DNA of 64,000 nucleotides from Rickettsiaceae bacterium (lineage in GTDB: Bacteria; Pseudomonadota; Alphaproteobacteria; Rickettsiales; UBA1997), in assembly GCA_021323225.1 (NCBI GenBank), contig JAJTCH010000003.1, positions 1,495 through 65,494 of the forward strand, in the 5' to 3' direction. Of the stretch, positions 10,569 to 21,714 are shown in pieces. The notes below the pieces were generated by a model, which worked only from the letters and a program-made list of their open reading frames with translations, did no database searches and had not been told where the DNA came from. Every line of letters starts with the position of its first letter. The first letter of the stretch is position 1. The translations under genes and the position numbers were made by a program.

Positions 10569-11597
10569 ATGGCTATTTTAAAAGAGAGTTGGAAGTTATT
10601 GTCAAAACCAGCCAGCATCATTGTTAAAGACGGTATTGATCCAAATAAAAGTGCCATAATTGTTATGGAGCCTTTTGAAAGAGGTTTTGGCGATACTTTG
10701 GGAAATGCCTTGAGAAGAGTTTTGCTTTCTTCAATTGCCGGATTTGCTGCAACTTCAATTAAAATTGATGGCGTATTGCACGAATATGGAGTAATAGATG
10801 GCGTTAAAGAAGATGTGATAAATATAATAATGAATATCAAATCTTTAGCGATCAATAAACCTGATGCTTCTCCTTGCACCCTGAAACTCTCTGCTAACAA
10901 ACCAGGACCAGTTCTTGCTGGTTCAATCGAGGTAAATAACGGTGCAGAAATTATCAATAAAGATTTGGTGATTTGTACTTTGAACAAAGATGCTAAAATT
11001 GATATTCAAATAAATGTTGAGTGCGGTAAAGGTTATGTTGCTGTTGATCAAGGCAGAAAAACTGAAGGCAATCTTGGTTTGATAGCTATTGATTCAATGT
11101 TTAGCCCCATCAAAAGAGTGTCTTATAAAGTTGAAAATGCCAGAGTCGGACAAATAACTGATTATGATAAGCTAATAATGGAAATCGATACAAATGGCAC
11201 TATCACCCCGCAAGATGCGCTCGGTGTTGCTGCTAAGATCATTCAAGAACAGCTAGAAGTATTTGTTAATTTTGATGTGAGCAAAATTGTTGATGTAAAA
11301 AAAGATTCTGGTTCTGAACCGGAATTCAACAAGAACTTGCTCAAAACCATTGATGAATTAGAACTTTCTGTTAGATCTTACAACTGCTTGAAAAATGAGA
11401 ATATTATTTATGTTGGTGATTTAGTTATCAGAACTGAATCAGAAATGTTAAAAACCTCTAATTTTGGCAGAAAATCTCTCAATGAGCTTAAGGATAATCT
11501 TAAGTTGATGGGTTTAAGCTTCGGTATGAAACTACCTAACTGGCCGCCAAAAAATATTGAAGAGCTAGCAAAAGCAAAGAGCAAAAATGATTTTTAA
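10569..11597 (+). CDS. rpoA: RNA polymerase alpha subunit
   Basis: [44 protein letters not shown] motifs. Confidence 0.99.
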   Translation: MAILKESWKLLSKPASIIVKDGIDPNKSAIIVMEPFERGFGDTLGNALRRVLLSSIAGFAATSIKIDGVLHEYGVIDGVKEDVINIIMNIKSLAINKPDASPCTLKLSANKPGPVLAGSIEVNNGAEIINKDLVICTLNKDAKIDIQINVECGKGYVAVDQGRKTEGNLGLIAIDSMFSPIKRVSYKVENARVGQITDYDKLIMEIDTNGTITPQDALGVAAKIIQEQLEVFVNFDVSKIVDVKKDSGSEPEFNKNLLKTIDELELSVRSYNCLKNENIIYVGDLVIRTESEMLKTSNFGRKSLNELKDNLKLMGLSFGMKLPNWPPKNIEELAKAKSKNDF

Positions 11598-11637
11598 GTA
11601 ATTTTAGAAGAGCATTAATCAAAGAATAAATTAAGTT

Positions 11638-12030
11638 ATGAAGCACGGAATTAAGGGTAGAAAGTTAAATAGAACCAGTTCTCACAGAAAGGCGCTATTC
11701 ATGAATCTTTCTAATGCCTTGTTAAAGAATGAATTAATCAAAACCACTCTGCCAAAAGCAAAGGATCTTAGACCTTTCGTGGAAAAAATTATCACTATTG
11801 CTAAGAGCGATACTCTGGCAAATCGCAGACAAGTTTTGGCTATCTTAAGAGATGAAACTGTGGTGAATAAATTATTTTCAGATATCGCTGCTAGGGTTAA
11901 AAACCGTAATGGCGGTTATACTAGAATAATGAAATTCGGTTTTAGAACCGGAGATAAAGCCCCAATGGCTATTGTTGAATTAGTGGATAGAGAAGTAACT
12001 GAGCAACAATCTGAAGCCAAAAAGAAATAG
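11638..12030 (+). CDS. rplQ: 50S ribosomal protein L17
   Basis: [29 protein letters not shown] motifs. Confidence 0.98.
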   Translation: MKHGIKGRKLNRTSSHRKALFMNLSNALLKNELIKTTLPKAKDLRPFVEKIITIAKSDTLANRRQVLAILRDETVVNKLFSDIAARVKNRNGGYTRIMKFGFRTGDKAPMAIVELVDREVTEQQSEAKKK

Positions 12031-12061
12031 ATAATTAATTATAACAAAATCATATAAAACG

Positions 12062-12478
12062 ATGACTAATTTAATTGAGCAATTTAACTCTGATCAAGCT
12101 ACAAAAATAAATGAAGCTAGAGGCGGTTTAGATAAGTTTGTGCCTAATTTTAAAGTTGGCGATACTGTTAAAGTAAAATATAAAATCACCGAAGGAACCA
12201 CCACCAGAATCCAGGTGTTTATGGGGGTAGTTATTGCTAAAAGTAAAGCTTTTGGTAATTATAACTCCACTTTCACTGTAAGAAAAATTAGCAGCGGTGT
12301 GGGTGTGGAAAGAAAATTCCCACTTTACTCTCCACTACTTGCTGGTATTGAATTGGTTAAACAAGGCGTGGTTCGTCGTGCTAAATTATATTATTTAAGA
12401 AATCTTACCGGAAAAGCTTCAAGAATCAGAGAAAAGCTTGATTTTCTTAGTGATGAAAAAGCTGCTCCAGCCGAATAG
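12062..12478 (+). CDS. rplS: 50S ribosomal protein L19
   Basis: [14 protein letters not shown] and [10 protein letters not shown] motifs. Confidence 0.98.
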   Translation: MTNLIEQFNSDQATKINEARGGLDKFVPNFKVGDTVKVKYKITEGTTTRIQVFMGVVIAKSKAFGNYNSTFTVRKISSGVGVERKFPLYSPLLAGIELVKQGVVRRAKLYYLRNLTGKASRIREKLDFLSDEKAAPAE

Positions 12479-12537
12479 TTATTTTTTCTTTTCTAAGTTT
12501 ATTATTTTCATTTAGTAGAACTAGTTAATCTCATTGT

Positions 12538-12945
12538 GTGAGCCTCTCTCTCAAAGTCATTATTTCTCTTCTGGCCATTTCTTTATACTCCTGCTCTACT
12601 GCTCTGGATAGCAATTACGCTAAATTATCCCTTTCTAATTCTGTTGGTAAAAAAACTTTTTCCTTTGCAGTTGATGAGGAATTTCTAAAGCGAAATATTA
12701 AATCCAAGCCAAGCGCCTTATATTCAAAAATGAGTGTTGCTGAGTTAAAATTATTGATGAAATTTCTGCGGAAGAATAAATATTGTATTAATAAAAGTGG
12801 TGATTTATCTTTCAAGATAAGCTCTAGGCAAGAGAGAATCTATGATGTTACCTTTTCCGAATTAATTGAGCAAAATTACAATGCTAAACCAGTTTCTCCT
12901 GTAACTTATTTTGGAGAATGTATAGATTTGGAAGAGTCCAAGTAA
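12538..12945 (+). CDS. Hypothetical lipoprotein
   Basis: Hydrophobic N-terminus ending LYSC (lipobox-like); fills the gap after rplS; no family recognised. Confidence 0.6.
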   Translation: MSLSLKVIISLLAISLYSCSTALDSNYAKLSLSNSVGKKTFSFAVDEEFLKRNIKSKPSALYSKMSVAELKLLMKFLRKNKYCINKSGDLSFKISSRQERIYDVTFSELIEQNYNAKPVSPVTYFGECIDLEESK

Positions 12946-12980
12946 TCCTTACAAAGTTGCTCAAATCAAAATATCTTATA

Positions 12981-13340
12981 ATGAAACAGATTGTTGAATT
13001 TCTTAGTTTCCAGACCATTGTTTTATTATTTTCCACCGCATTCTCTGTTTTATTTGTGATGGTTATGGTTAACATCATTACGGTTGATGATTTGGTAGTG
13101 ATTTTAAAATTATCTCCGGAATCGGCTGAAATTCTAAAGACCATTTTTGGTAGGTTGCATGAAGTTTCTAACAATATTTTAGATATCATATCACAATTGC
13201 TAAATAAGTTATTTGGCTGGGCTGGTGTTGATGTTGATTTGTCAAAGATTAAGGTTGATACTAACGCTACCAATGCCGCAAATCACCAAGCTCCAAGTCC
13301 TGTAAAGCCAACCGCTGCTCCAACCACTGTCGATAAGTAG
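12981..13340 (+). CDS. Hypothetical membrane protein with Pro/Ala/Thr-rich tail
   Basis: ATG at 12981 preferred over 12918, which overlaps the upstream gene; one hydrophobic segment; low-complexity C-terminus. Confidence 0.6.
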   Translation: MKQIVEFLSFQTIVLLFSTAFSVLFVMVMVNIITVDDLVVILKLSPESAEILKTIFGRLHEVSNNILDIISQLLNKLFGWAGVDVDLSKIKVDTNATNAANHQAPSPVKPTAAPTTVDK

Positions 13341-13349
13341 AAATTCAAT

Positions 13350-14783
13350 ATGATGGTAATCTTCGGTATCATCAATCTTCTGCGTCTTTTGTTTTTCTTC
13401 ATTCTCTCGCTATTCCTGTTTCCATTTTTCAGGAACAAATCTATCTATTTTTTTCTAAAGCTTTCTGGTCCAACTTTTATAAAACTTGGTCAATTATTGT
13501 CTAATCGTCCTGATTTGGTCGGTGATGATTTAGCTGAAATTCTTAGTGGATTTCAGGATAGATTGCCGGGTTTTTCTTTTAAAAAAGCTAAAAAGATTAT
13601 TGAAGAAGAATCAGGAAAGAAGCTTGATCAGTTATTTTTGGAATTTAAAGCTAAACCAGTTGCTTCAGCCTCCGTTGCTCAGGTGCATAAGGCTAAAACT
13701 TTTGCGGGCGATATTGTGGCAGTGAAAATTCTTCGGCCACATATCGCCACTATTGTTAGAAGAGATGTTTCTACCTTAAAGATAATTGCATTTTTATTTG
13801 GTTTTGTTTCTAAATACTCAAAGGAAAAATTTCTAAATATTGCCGAACTACTAGAGGATTGCAGCAAAAAGGAATTGGATCTTTCTTTTGAGGCGGCAGC
13901 AGCTTCAGAAATGAAAGATAAATTAAAAGATGTTAAAGGTTTTTATATTCCAAAAGTCTATTGGCAATTAAGCACTCCTAAAATCTTGGTTTTAGAATGG
14001 ATTGATGGAATTCCATTTTCCGACAAAAAGGCAATTTTAAGTAGCGGTTTTGATAGGAAAGAAATCGCTAAAAATCTGGTCATCAGCTATTTTAATCAGG
14101 TTTATGTCCACGGCCTGTTTCATGCCGATATGCATCTAGGAAATCTATTCTTGATGAAAAATGGTGATATCGCCGCTGTTGATTTTGGCATTACCGGATC
14201 AATCGATAAAAAAACCAGAATTGCCATAGCTGAAATTTTGATGTCCTTCTTAAAGCAGGATTACGCTAGAGTGGCGAAGTTACATATTGATGCTGGTTTG
14301 GTGCCAAAGAATATTAATTTGGAAGAATTTACATTATCATGCAGAATCATCGGCGAATCTGTTGTTGGTCGCTCGGTTAATGAAATTTCAATGGCAAAAT
14401 TGCTTGCCAATTTGCTTAAAATGACCAAGAGATACCAGCTAAAAACCAGGCCGGAATTGCTGTTATTGCAAAAAACCATGATGCTAGTTGAAGGAGTTGG
14501 CGTTTTTTTGGATAAAAACCTAAATATTTGGGATTTGGCTAAGCCATTTGTAAAAGAATGGGCGACGCAAAATATTGGCTTTGATGCCAAAATCAGAGAT
14601 GTGGTTTTAGAATTTATGCAGATGGTAAAAAAAATGCCGGAGAATTTTTCTAAAAATAATCAGATGAATTTTGATCAGTTAAATCAAGAGATTAAAGAGA
14701 TGAAACTTAGAGAGAAGAAATGGAAAATTGCCTTTGTATTTTTGTCTGCGTTGTTGATTTTGTCTTTATTCATAAGAGGTTAG
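13350..14783 (+). CDS. ubiB: UbiB/AarF family ubiquinone biosynthesis kinase-like protein
   Basis: GPTFIKLGQ, ASASVAQVHKA, VAVKILRP, FHADMHLGN, DFGI motifs. Confidence 0.95.
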   Translation: MMVIFGIINLLRLLFFFILSLFLFPFFRNKSIYFFLKLSGPTFIKLGQLLSNRPDLVGDDLAEILSGFQDRLPGFSFKKAKKIIEEESGKKLDQLFLEFKAKPVASASVAQVHKAKTFAGDIVAVKILRPHIATIVRRDVSTLKIIAFLFGFVSKYSKEKFLNIAELLEDCSKKELDLSFEAAAASEMKDKLKDVKGFYIPKVYWQLSTPKILVLEWIDGIPFSDKKAILSSGFDRKEIAKNLVISYFNQVYVHGLFHADMHLGNLFLMKNGDIAAVDFGITGSIDKKTRIAIAEILMSFLKQDYARVAKLHIDAGLVPKNINLEEFTLSCRIIGESVVGRSVNEISMAKLLANLLKMTKRYQLKTRPELLLLQKTMMLVEGVGVFLDKNLNIWDLAKPFVKEWATQNIGFDAKIRDVVLEFMQMVKKMPENFSKNNQMNFDQLNQEIKEMKLREKKWKIAFVFLSALLILSLFIRG

Positions 14784-14784
14784 A

Positions 14785-16683
14785 TTGTCATATAAAGTTT
14801 TATCGGAAGCTCATTATCAGGAAGAATATAAAAAAGCTCTAGATGGCCCAGAAAGCTTCTGGGCTGATATCGCCAGAAATTTTGTCTGGCTTAAAGAGTG
14901 GGATCGCGTTCTTAAATTTGATTTTAAAGAATTGAGGGTTGAATGGTTTGGTGGTGGAAAAGTTAACATCTCCAGTAATTGCCTGGATCGCCATTTATCA
15001 AAAAAAGCTGATGATATAGCAATTATTTGGGAAGCGAATGAGCCTTCCACACCTTCTAGATCACTTACTTATCGCGAGCTATTTGAGCAAGTTTGCCAAT
15101 TTTCCAATCTACTTTTAGCTAACGGCATAAAAGCTGGAGATCGTGTGTGCATCTATATGCCGATGATTCCGGAAGCTGTTATAGCCATGCTAGCCTGCGC
15201 CAGAATTGGTGCGGTGCATAATGTGGTATTTGCCGGTTTTTCAAGTGTGGCTTTGGCTAGTCGAATTGAAGATTCGGGTGCCAAGATGTTGATTACTGCC
15301 GATTATTTATATCGTGGTGATAAAACCATAAAATTATTTGATGTGGCCAATGAAGCAGCGCAAGGGCCGAATACTATTGAAAATATTATTGTTTATAAGA
15401 GAAGTAATGAGCATTTTATCAGCTCTAAAAACATCATTATTTGGCAAAATGAAATCATTAAGCATAGCAAAAATGCTAAACCGGTAGCGGTAAATTCTGA
15501 AGATCCGCTCTTCATTTTATACACTTCAGGCTCAACCGGAAAGCCAAAGGGAGTTGTGCATAGCACAGCTGGCTATATGGTTTATGCAGCTTACTCTTTT
15601 GCGAATGTTTTTGACTATCAAGAAAATGATTTATTTTTCTGCACCGCTGATATTGGCTGGATCACTGGCCATTCTTATCTAGTTTATGGCCCGCTTTTAA
15701 ATGGCGGAAAAATTCTGATGTTTGAAGGAATTCCAACTTATCCAACCGCTTCAAGATTTTGGCAAATCATCGACAAATATAAGGTTAATATTTTTTACAC
15801 CGCGCCAACTGCAATTAGAGCGCTGATGCAAAAGGGTGAAGAATTTGTGAGGGGATTTGATTTGTCATCTCTTAAAATTTTGGGAAGCGTAGGCGAACCA
15901 ATTAATGAAGAAGCCTGGCATTGGTATGATGAAAAAGTCGGCAAGAAAAAATGTGATATAGTTGATACCTGGTGGCAAACTGAAACTGGTGGAATCTTGA
16001 TTTCTTCCCTTGGCAATAAAACTAAAAGCAAACCAGCTTTTGCAGGAATGCCCCTGCCTGGCATTATGCCGATTTTGCTGGATGATGATGGCAAAGAAAT
16101 CACTAAGCCAAATATGGTTGGTAATTTGTGTTTCAAACATCCTTGGCCATCAATTATCAGAACTGTTTGGGGTGATCACAAAAAATGTTTTGATACTTAT
16201 TTCAAGAGATTTTCCGGCTATTATTTTTCCGGCGATGGTGCGTTTAAAAATGAGAATGGGCTATTTAGAATTATTGGCCGGGTAGATGATGTAATCAATA
16301 CCGCTGGTCATCGCCTGGGAACTGCTGAGATTGAAAATGCAATTAACATGCATAATTTAGTTAGCGAATCTGCGGTGGTTGGATATCCGCACCAAATAAA
16401 AGGTGAGGGTATTTGTGCTTTTGTCATCATGAAAAGTTCTCCTAAAAATGATGACCAAAAAATTAAAGATGAAATTTTGCAATTAATAGAAAAACATATT
16501 TCTGCTATTGCCAAACCTGATAAAATCTATATTGTGCCTGACCTACCAAAAACCAGATCGGGAAAAATTATGCGTAGAATCCTAAAAAAACTGGTTGCGG
16601 GGGAAGAAGATCTAGGAGATATTTCCACACTTTTTAATCCTGACTCCATTGATTCTTTAAAGAAATTAATCGCTAACAATTAA
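14785..16683 (+). CDS. acs: Acetyl-CoA synthetase (AMP-forming)
   Basis: [33 protein letters not shown] motifs. Confidence 0.97.
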   Translation: MSYKVLSEAHYQEEYKKALDGPESFWADIARNFVWLKEWDRVLKFDFKELRVEWFGGGKVNISSNCLDRHLSKKADDIAIIWEANEPSTPSRSLTYRELFEQVCQFSNLLLANGIKAGDRVCIYMPMIPEAVIAMLACARIGAVHNVVFAGFSSVALASRIEDSGAKMLITADYLYRGDKTIKLFDVANEAAQGPNTIENIIVYKRSNEHFISSKNIIIWQNEIIKHSKNAKPVAVNSEDPLFILYTSGSTGKPKGVVHSTAGYMVYAAYSFANVFDYQENDLFFCTADIGWITGHSYLVYGPLLNGGKILMFEGIPTYPTASRFWQIIDKYKVNIFYTAPTAIRALMQKGEEFVRGFDLSSLKILGSVGEPINEEAWHWYDEKVGKKKCDIVDTWWQTETGGILISSLGNKTKSKPAFAGMPLPGIMPILLDDDGKEITKPNMVGNLCFKHPWPSIIRTVWGDHKKCFDTYFKRFSGYYFSGDGAFKNENGLFRIIGRVDDVINTAGHRLGTAEIENAINMHNLVSESAVVGYPHQIKGEGICAFVIMKSSPKNDDQKIKDEILQLIEKHISAIAKPDKIYIVPDLPKTRSGKIMRRILKKLVAGEEDLGDISTLFNPDSIDSLKKLIANN

Positions 16684-16696
16684 TAAATTATTCTTT

Positions 16697-17059
16697 ATGC
16701 AACTGACTTTGATGAAAGCCAAAATTCACCGCGCTACTATTACCGAGGCGGATTTGCATTATGAAGGATCAATTTCAATTGATGAAGATTTGCTTGATGC
16801 AGCTGGTATTTTGCCATATGAAAAAGTTGATGTTTTAGATGTTAATAATGGTACAAGATTCAGCACTTATACAATAGCAGCAGAGCGCGGCAGTGGAGCA
16901 ATTAAAGTAAATGGTGCGGCAGCAAGAATGGTTTACAAGGGTGATATCGTTATTATTGTTGCCTATTGTGGACTAGATGCAAAAGAAGCCGCTAAGTTTA
17001 AACCAAAGGTCGTGGCAGTAGATGCAAAAAACCGTTTAACGCTTGGAAGCTCTATTTAA
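16697..17059 (+). CDS. panD: Aspartate 1-decarboxylase
   Basis: [11 protein letters not shown]|SISID self-cleavage site, NGAAAR. Confidence 0.97.
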   Translation: MQLTLMKAKIHRATITEADLHYEGSISIDEDLLDAAGILPYEKVDVLDVNNGTRFSTYTIAAERGSGAIKVNGAAARMVYKGDIVIIVAYCGLDAKEAAKFKPKVVAVDAKNRLTLGSSI

Positions 17060-18274
17060 GAAAAATAAAATCACCAGAGCCGGCAAAGCCAGAGTTGAAG
17101 AGAAGAAAAAGAAATTTATCCACCCAAAATCAGCAGCTGCCAATCCAGCGCTTGAAGAAAGAACGGCTCTCGCCAGTGAAGCTAGCGAAACCAAAATTGC
17201 ATATTGAGTTGCGGTAAAAGCAACATTACACAGACTGCTCAAATAGGCCACAAACACTGCGTCACCAATTCCGCCGCTGAAATTCTCAATAAAAATTACC
17301 CAGTAGAGCGTGTTAACATTATGACCCTCCATTGCTTGATAGCAAAAGCCTAGATTAGAAATTGTCTGTAGAATTAGCGCAATCCATAAGCTTTTAGTAA
17401 GCTTTAATTCTTTAACCAAAATCCCGCCTAGCAGTGCTCCACCTAAAGTTGCAAAAAGACCAAAAGTTTTGACGATTGTGGCTATTTCGGTTTTACTAAA
17501 ACCAATTTGAAGTAGAAATGGTAGGGTTATGGAGCCAGCAAAGGCATCGCATAACTTGAATAAAATTATGAAGGGGAAAATTAAAAACCAATTTTTTCTT
17601 TCAAAAAAATCTTTCACCGGATCAAAAATAGCAATCTCTACCCATTCTTTGAAATTGTGCTTTGCTTTAGTTTTTTGCAAATTTTCTTTGGCAAATAAAG
17701 TGGTTAAAATTCCCACCAGCATAACAGCGGATAGTGAATAATAGACTTTATCCCATGAGATTTTTTCCGACAAAACCAAAGCTCCTGCTCCGGAAATTAA
17801 CATGCCCATTCTATAGCCATAGACATAAAAACTGGCGGCAAAACCTTGATCTTCCGTTTTAATGGCTTCAATTCTGTAAGCGTCAATCACCATATCTTGC
17901 GTTGCTGAAAATATGGCAATTAATATTGCGATTATAGCAATGGCCACAATACCGTATTGACTAAAGAATCCGAGACCGGCAATACTAAATATCAATAGAA
18001 GCTGGGTGAAAATCATCCATGATTTTCTCTTGCCGAGATATTTAGTTAGGCAGGGTATGGAGGCGAAATCTAGCATTGGAGCCCAAAGAAATTTTAAACT
18101 ATAGGGCAGGGCAATTAAGGAAAAAAAGCCAATGGTTTTGATGTCAAAATTAAGATCAGTCAAAAAAACTTTTAAGGTAGAAAGAACAAGGGCAAGCGGT
18201 AAGCCGCTTGAAATTCCAAGGAAAAAAATGATCGGAATATTAAGCCCGAAGAAGCTGCGAAGGGAAGATTTCAT
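17036..18274 (-). CDS. ampG: AmpG family muropeptide MFS permease
   Basis: SSGLP, KFLWAP, SATQD..IDAYRIE, FTATQYA motifs. Confidence 0.95.
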   Translation of the reverse strand: MKSSLRSFFGLNIPIIFFLGISSGLPLALVLSTLKVFLTDLNFDIKTIGFFSLIALPYSLKFLWAPMLDFASIPCLTKYLGKRKSWMIFTQLLLIFSIAGLGFFSQYGIVAIAIIAILIAIFSATQDMVIDAYRIEAIKTEDQGFAASFYVYGYRMGMLISGAGALVLSEKISWDKVYYSLSAVMLVGILTTLFAKENLQKTKAKHNFKEWVEIAIFDPVKDFFERKNWFLIFPFIILFKLCDAFAGSITLPFLLQIGFSKTEIATIVKTFGLFATLGGALLGGILVKELKLTKSLWIALILQTISNLGFCYQAMEGHNVNTLYWVIFIENFSGGIGDAVFVAYLSSLCNVAFTATQYAILVSLASLARAVLSSSAGLAAADFGWINFFFFSSTLALPALVILFFLNRASKR

Positions 18275-18355
18275 CAAAGAAATTGAGTTTGTGAAAAGAC
18301 TTTGTTAAGCTTTGTTTTATAGTTATCCCGCCTCTAATTTTCAAACAAATTTGTG

Positions 18356-18904
18356 ATGACACATCAGCCAAACAAAATCTATGGAACCACTATTTTATCG
18401 GTGAGAAAAAATGGCAAAGTTGCAATTGCTGGTGATGGACAAGTTTCCTTTGGTTCTACAGTTTTAAAATCAACCGCAAAAAAAGTTCGCAAATTAGGTG
18501 ATGGTTCAATCATCGCTGGTTTTGCCGGAGCTACTGCTGATGCCTTCACTTTATTTGAAAGATTGGAAGCTAAGCTTGAACAATACCCAAACCAATTAAC
18601 TCGCGCTTGTGTTGAAATGGCTAAAGATTGGCGCACTGATAAATATTTAAGAAAATTGGAAGCAATGATGATTGTTGTCGATAAAAATAATTCACTGATT
18701 TTAACCGGAAGTGGCGATGTTGTAGAGCCTGAAGATGGAGTTATTGGAATTGGTTCAGGCGGAAATTTTGCTCTTTGTGCTGCGCGCGCCTTGATTGATG
18801 TTGCTGATTTGAGCGTTGAGGATATATTAAAAAAATCTATGAAGATCGCTGCCGATCTATGTGTTTATACCAATCACAATATAATAATTGAAACTTTAGG
18901 ATAA
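18356..18904 (+). CDS. hslV: ATP-dependent protease peptidase subunit HslV
   Basis: GTTILSVR (catalytic Thr), [26 protein letters not shown] motifs. Confidence 0.98.
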   Translation: MTHQPNKIYGTTILSVRKNGKVAIAGDGQVSFGSTVLKSTAKKVRKLGDGSIIAGFAGATADAFTLFERLEAKLEQYPNQLTRACVEMAKDWRTDKYLRKLEAMMIVVDKNNSLILTGSGDVVEPEDGVIGIGSGGNFALCAARALIDVADLSVEDILKKSMKIAADLCVYTNHNIIIETLG

Positions 18905-18906
18905 AA

Positions 18907-20259
18907 ATGAGCCGCAAAATTATCAGTAAAATTGTAACCCTTTTCTTCTGCAGCATCCTTTCCCTTAATGGGGCCAATGCCGCAATCAATTTTAGGATTG
19001 ATAGCAAAGACATTCCTAAATCCAAAATCCTGATCAGCTCAGTTGAGAACCTAACAAAAAATGACGGCTCAAAAAATGTTGCTGAAGAAATTTTGTTTAA
19101 AGTAAAACGCAATTTAAAAGGCACCGATCTGTTTGATATAATTCAGAAAGAATCAATCAAAAATACTGATATTGCCGCTGATAAATTATCGATTGAAAAG
19201 GTTCCGGATCTTACAAAATACAACTCTGCTGGGGTTGGAATGCTTTTAATTGCCGATGCCGGATTTAATGCCAATGGTGATCTGGAAATGAAAATCAGAT
19301 TATGGGATGTGTTGGATGAGAGACAAATTTTTGGCAAAGTTTATTCTTCCAGCAAAGGCAATTATAAAAAAATTGCTAACATGATTTCGGATGAAATTTA
19401 TAAAGCTACAACCGGTGAAAAAATCGGCCATTTTGATAGCAAAATTGTTTATGTTGCAGAAAGTGGTGGAGCTTTGAAGCGAACCAAAAGACTTGTCATG
19501 ATGGATTTTGACGGAGAAAACCGCCGTTATTTAACTAATGGAAAAGACTTGGTTTTAACTCCAACTTTTTCCAAGCAAAAAAATGAAATTTTGTTTGTCC
19601 GCTTCTTTGGTGAAAAACCGCAGATCTACAGCATCGACACCAACACTAATTTAGTAAGAAAAGTTGGTGGCTTTAGAAATACAACTTTTGCTCCGGCCTT
19701 TAACCCGCGCGATAAAAACGAAATTGTTTTCTGTGTGATTGAAAATGGTAATAGCAATATTTATCAAATGAATTTGCTCACCAATAAATTAACAAGAATC
19801 ACAAGTACTAGAGCAATCGACACCACTCCTTCTTATTCTCCTGATGGAAAATATATAGTTTTCAGTTCTGATAGAACTGGTTCTGAACAAATTTACATAA
19901 TGGATTCTGACGGAGATGATGTTAAAAGAATCAGCTCCGAGGGAGGGTCTTATTCCAAACCTGTTTGGTCTCCGGATGGCAAATTTATTGCCTTTACAAA
20001 AATAAAATCTGGCCAATTCAGTATCGGTTTGTTTGATGCTCAGGGTAAAAATGAAAAAACTCTTATCACTGGCTATTTGGTTGAAGGAGCAAAATGGTCA
20101 CCATCAAGCCGTTATCTAATTTATAGCCGTAAAGATGCTGGCTATGGAAAAGCTAGCATTCCAAGACTTCGTGTGGTCGATATTTTGACCGGCTTTGATC
20201 GGGAAATTCCAACCGTTGCTTCTGAAGGCGCAACTGACCCGGATTGGTCTTTGAACTAA
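18907..20259 (+). CDS. tolB: Tol-Pal beta-propeller protein TolB
   Basis: Signal peptide, TolB N-domain ending TGEKIGHFDSKIVYV, PD40 repeats (PSYSPDGK, PVWSPDGK, PDWS). Confidence 0.92.
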   Translation: MSRKIISKIVTLFFCSILSLNGANAAINFRIDSKDIPKSKILISSVENLTKNDGSKNVAEEILFKVKRNLKGTDLFDIIQKESIKNTDIAADKLSIEKVPDLTKYNSAGVGMLLIADAGFNANGDLEMKIRLWDVLDERQIFGKVYSSSKGNYKKIANMISDEIYKATTGEKIGHFDSKIVYVAESGGALKRTKRLVMMDFDGENRRYLTNGKDLVLTPTFSKQKNEILFVRFFGEKPQIYSIDTNTNLVRKVGGFRNTTFAPAFNPRDKNEIVFCVIENGNSNIYQMNLLTNKLTRITSTRAIDTTPSYSPDGKYIVFSSDRTGSEQIYIMDSDGDDVKRISSEGGSYSKPVWSPDGKFIAFTKIKSGQFSIGLFDAQGKNEKTLITGYLVEGAKWSPSSRYLIYSRKDAGYGKASIPRLRVVDILTGFDREIPTVASEGATDPDWSLN

Positions 20260-20318
20260 CCGGGTTGAAAATTTTCTTTCCTGGTTTCTTCAATCCATAA
20301 TTTCATTTTTCCCGCCTG

Positions 20319-20359
20319 TTGACTTCTGCTTTCCGGGTATGATAATGATAACCATTATC
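20319..20359 (+). promoter_or_regulatory. Sigma70-type promoter overlapped by a Fur box (GATAATGATAACCATTATC at 20341-20359)
   Basis: 18/19 match to the classical Fur consensus GATAATGATAATCATTATC; TTGACT -35 at 20319; 22 bp upstream of an iron permease. Confidence 0.85.
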
Positions 20360-20381
20360 AATTTCTCTTCTTATAAAAATC

Positions 20382-21194
20382 ATGCTAAAAATTGCCATCA
20401 TCGTCTTTAGGGAAATTTTTGAAATTGCCCTGGTTATAAGCATTTTAGTTGCTGCCACTAACGGCGTAAAAGGCAGAAATAAATGGATTTTTGCTGGTAT
20501 TGGACTGGGAATTGCTGGTTCGCTGCTATTGGCATTTTTTACCGATAATATCTCCTCTTCGCTTGACGGTACTGGCCAGGAAGTTTTTAACGCAATTATT
20601 TTGTTAATTTCTTCCGCGATGGTTTCTTGGACAATCATCTGGATGAAAAAATATGGCAAGCAAATCTCGGCCGATCTAAAACAGCTTGGAAAATCAGTTG
20701 CACAAGGTGATCAATCCCTTTTTGCTATAATGCCGGTAGTGGCATTTACCGTTCTTAGGGAAGGGGCGGAGATAGTTTTATTCGGCTATGGTTCTTTTGC
20801 TTCCGGTGATAATATTTTCGATTTAATTTCAGGTGCCATAGCTGGCTTATTATGTGGTCTTGTGGTTGGTTTTGCCTTTTATTATGGCTTGATAAAAGTT
20901 TTAAGCAGGCATCTTTTTACCGTTACTAGCTGGTTGTTAATTTTCTTGGCAGCAGGAATGGTGGCGCAAGCAATCGGTTTTTTATCAAATGCCGGAATAA
21001 TATCAGAAATTTTTTACCCGGTTTGGGACAGCTCATTCTTGATTTCAGAACAAGGGCTTTTGGGAAAAATATTGCATGCTCTATTTGGCTATATTGCCAA
21101 ACCATCAGCAGCGCAATTGATTGGATATGCGACTGTTGTTTTGGGATTGGTGATTGGCTTAAATTACGAAAGAATTGGTAGAAAAAAATCGTAA
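20382..21194 (+). CDS. FTR1/EfeU family iron permease
   Basis: Two RExxE motifs (REIFE, REGAE); about 7 TM segments; Fur box upstream. Confidence 0.93.
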   Translation: MLKIAIIVFREIFEIALVISILVAATNGVKGRNKWIFAGIGLGIAGSLLLAFFTDNISSSLDGTGQEVFNAIILLISSAMVSWTIIWMKKYGKQISADLKQLGKSVAQGDQSLFAIMPVVAFTVLREGAEIVLFGYGSFASGDNIFDLISGAIAGLLCGLVVGFAFYYGLIKVLSRHLFTVTSWLLIFLAAGMVAQAIGFLSNAGIISEIFYPVWDSSFLISEQGLLGKILHALFGYIAKPSAAQLIGYATVVLGLVIGLNYERIGRKKS

Positions 21195-21198
21195 TTTA

Positions 21199-21714
21199 TC
21201 AGTGTTCTCTGGATTTTTCAGGGGCCAAAGCTGTGACTTTAACATTTCCTTTTATGGCGTCAGGAGATGGCACTTCAATAATTTTTCTCCTAATCAAATC
21301 ATTAATCAAATAACATAAAGCAGAAAGTTTTGACGACACTAAACTCTTGATTGAGTTAGCTACTTTCTTTGTTATTCCTAATATAAATTTCTTTCCATTC
21401 TTGTGTCTATTTTCATATTGTTCTTCTGTTTCAATTTCTTCAATTATCGACAAAACTTTTTTTGGATCTAAAACAATAAATGAGCCTTCTGGGCCGGCAT
21501 CGGTAGAAATTCTGCACAGACCATAAACCGCATCGCGATATTTTGGGTTTAAAGCGGCAAGTTTGGTTTTTAAAACAACGGGGTTCAAAATATTGCTTCT
21601 GGTTAGCTTATCAATAACCGGAAATACAGCTTCTGTCACTTCTTTTGCTGCTTTTAATTCTTCTTGCTCTTGCTCCAATCTTTGTGTGAAGGCCTTAAGA
21701 AAACTGTCGGTCAT
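21199..21714 (-). CDS. Hypothetical protein (orphan)
   Basis: 171 aa ORF coupled to amgK by an ATGA overlap; no family recognised. Confidence 0.65.
   Translation of the reverse strand: MTDSFLKAFTQRLEQEQEELKAAKEVTEAVFPVIDKLTRSNILNPVVLKTKLAALNPKYRDAVYGLCRISTDAGPEGSFIVLDPKKVLSIIEEIETEEQYENRHKNGKKFILGITKKVANSIKSLVSSKLSALCYLINDLIRRKIIEVPSPDAIKGNVKVTALAPEKSREH

Noticed and set aside
17036-17059. 24-bp convergent overlap of panD and ampG 3' ends
   Set aside because: Short tail-to-tail overlaps are common in compact genomes; no sign of added function
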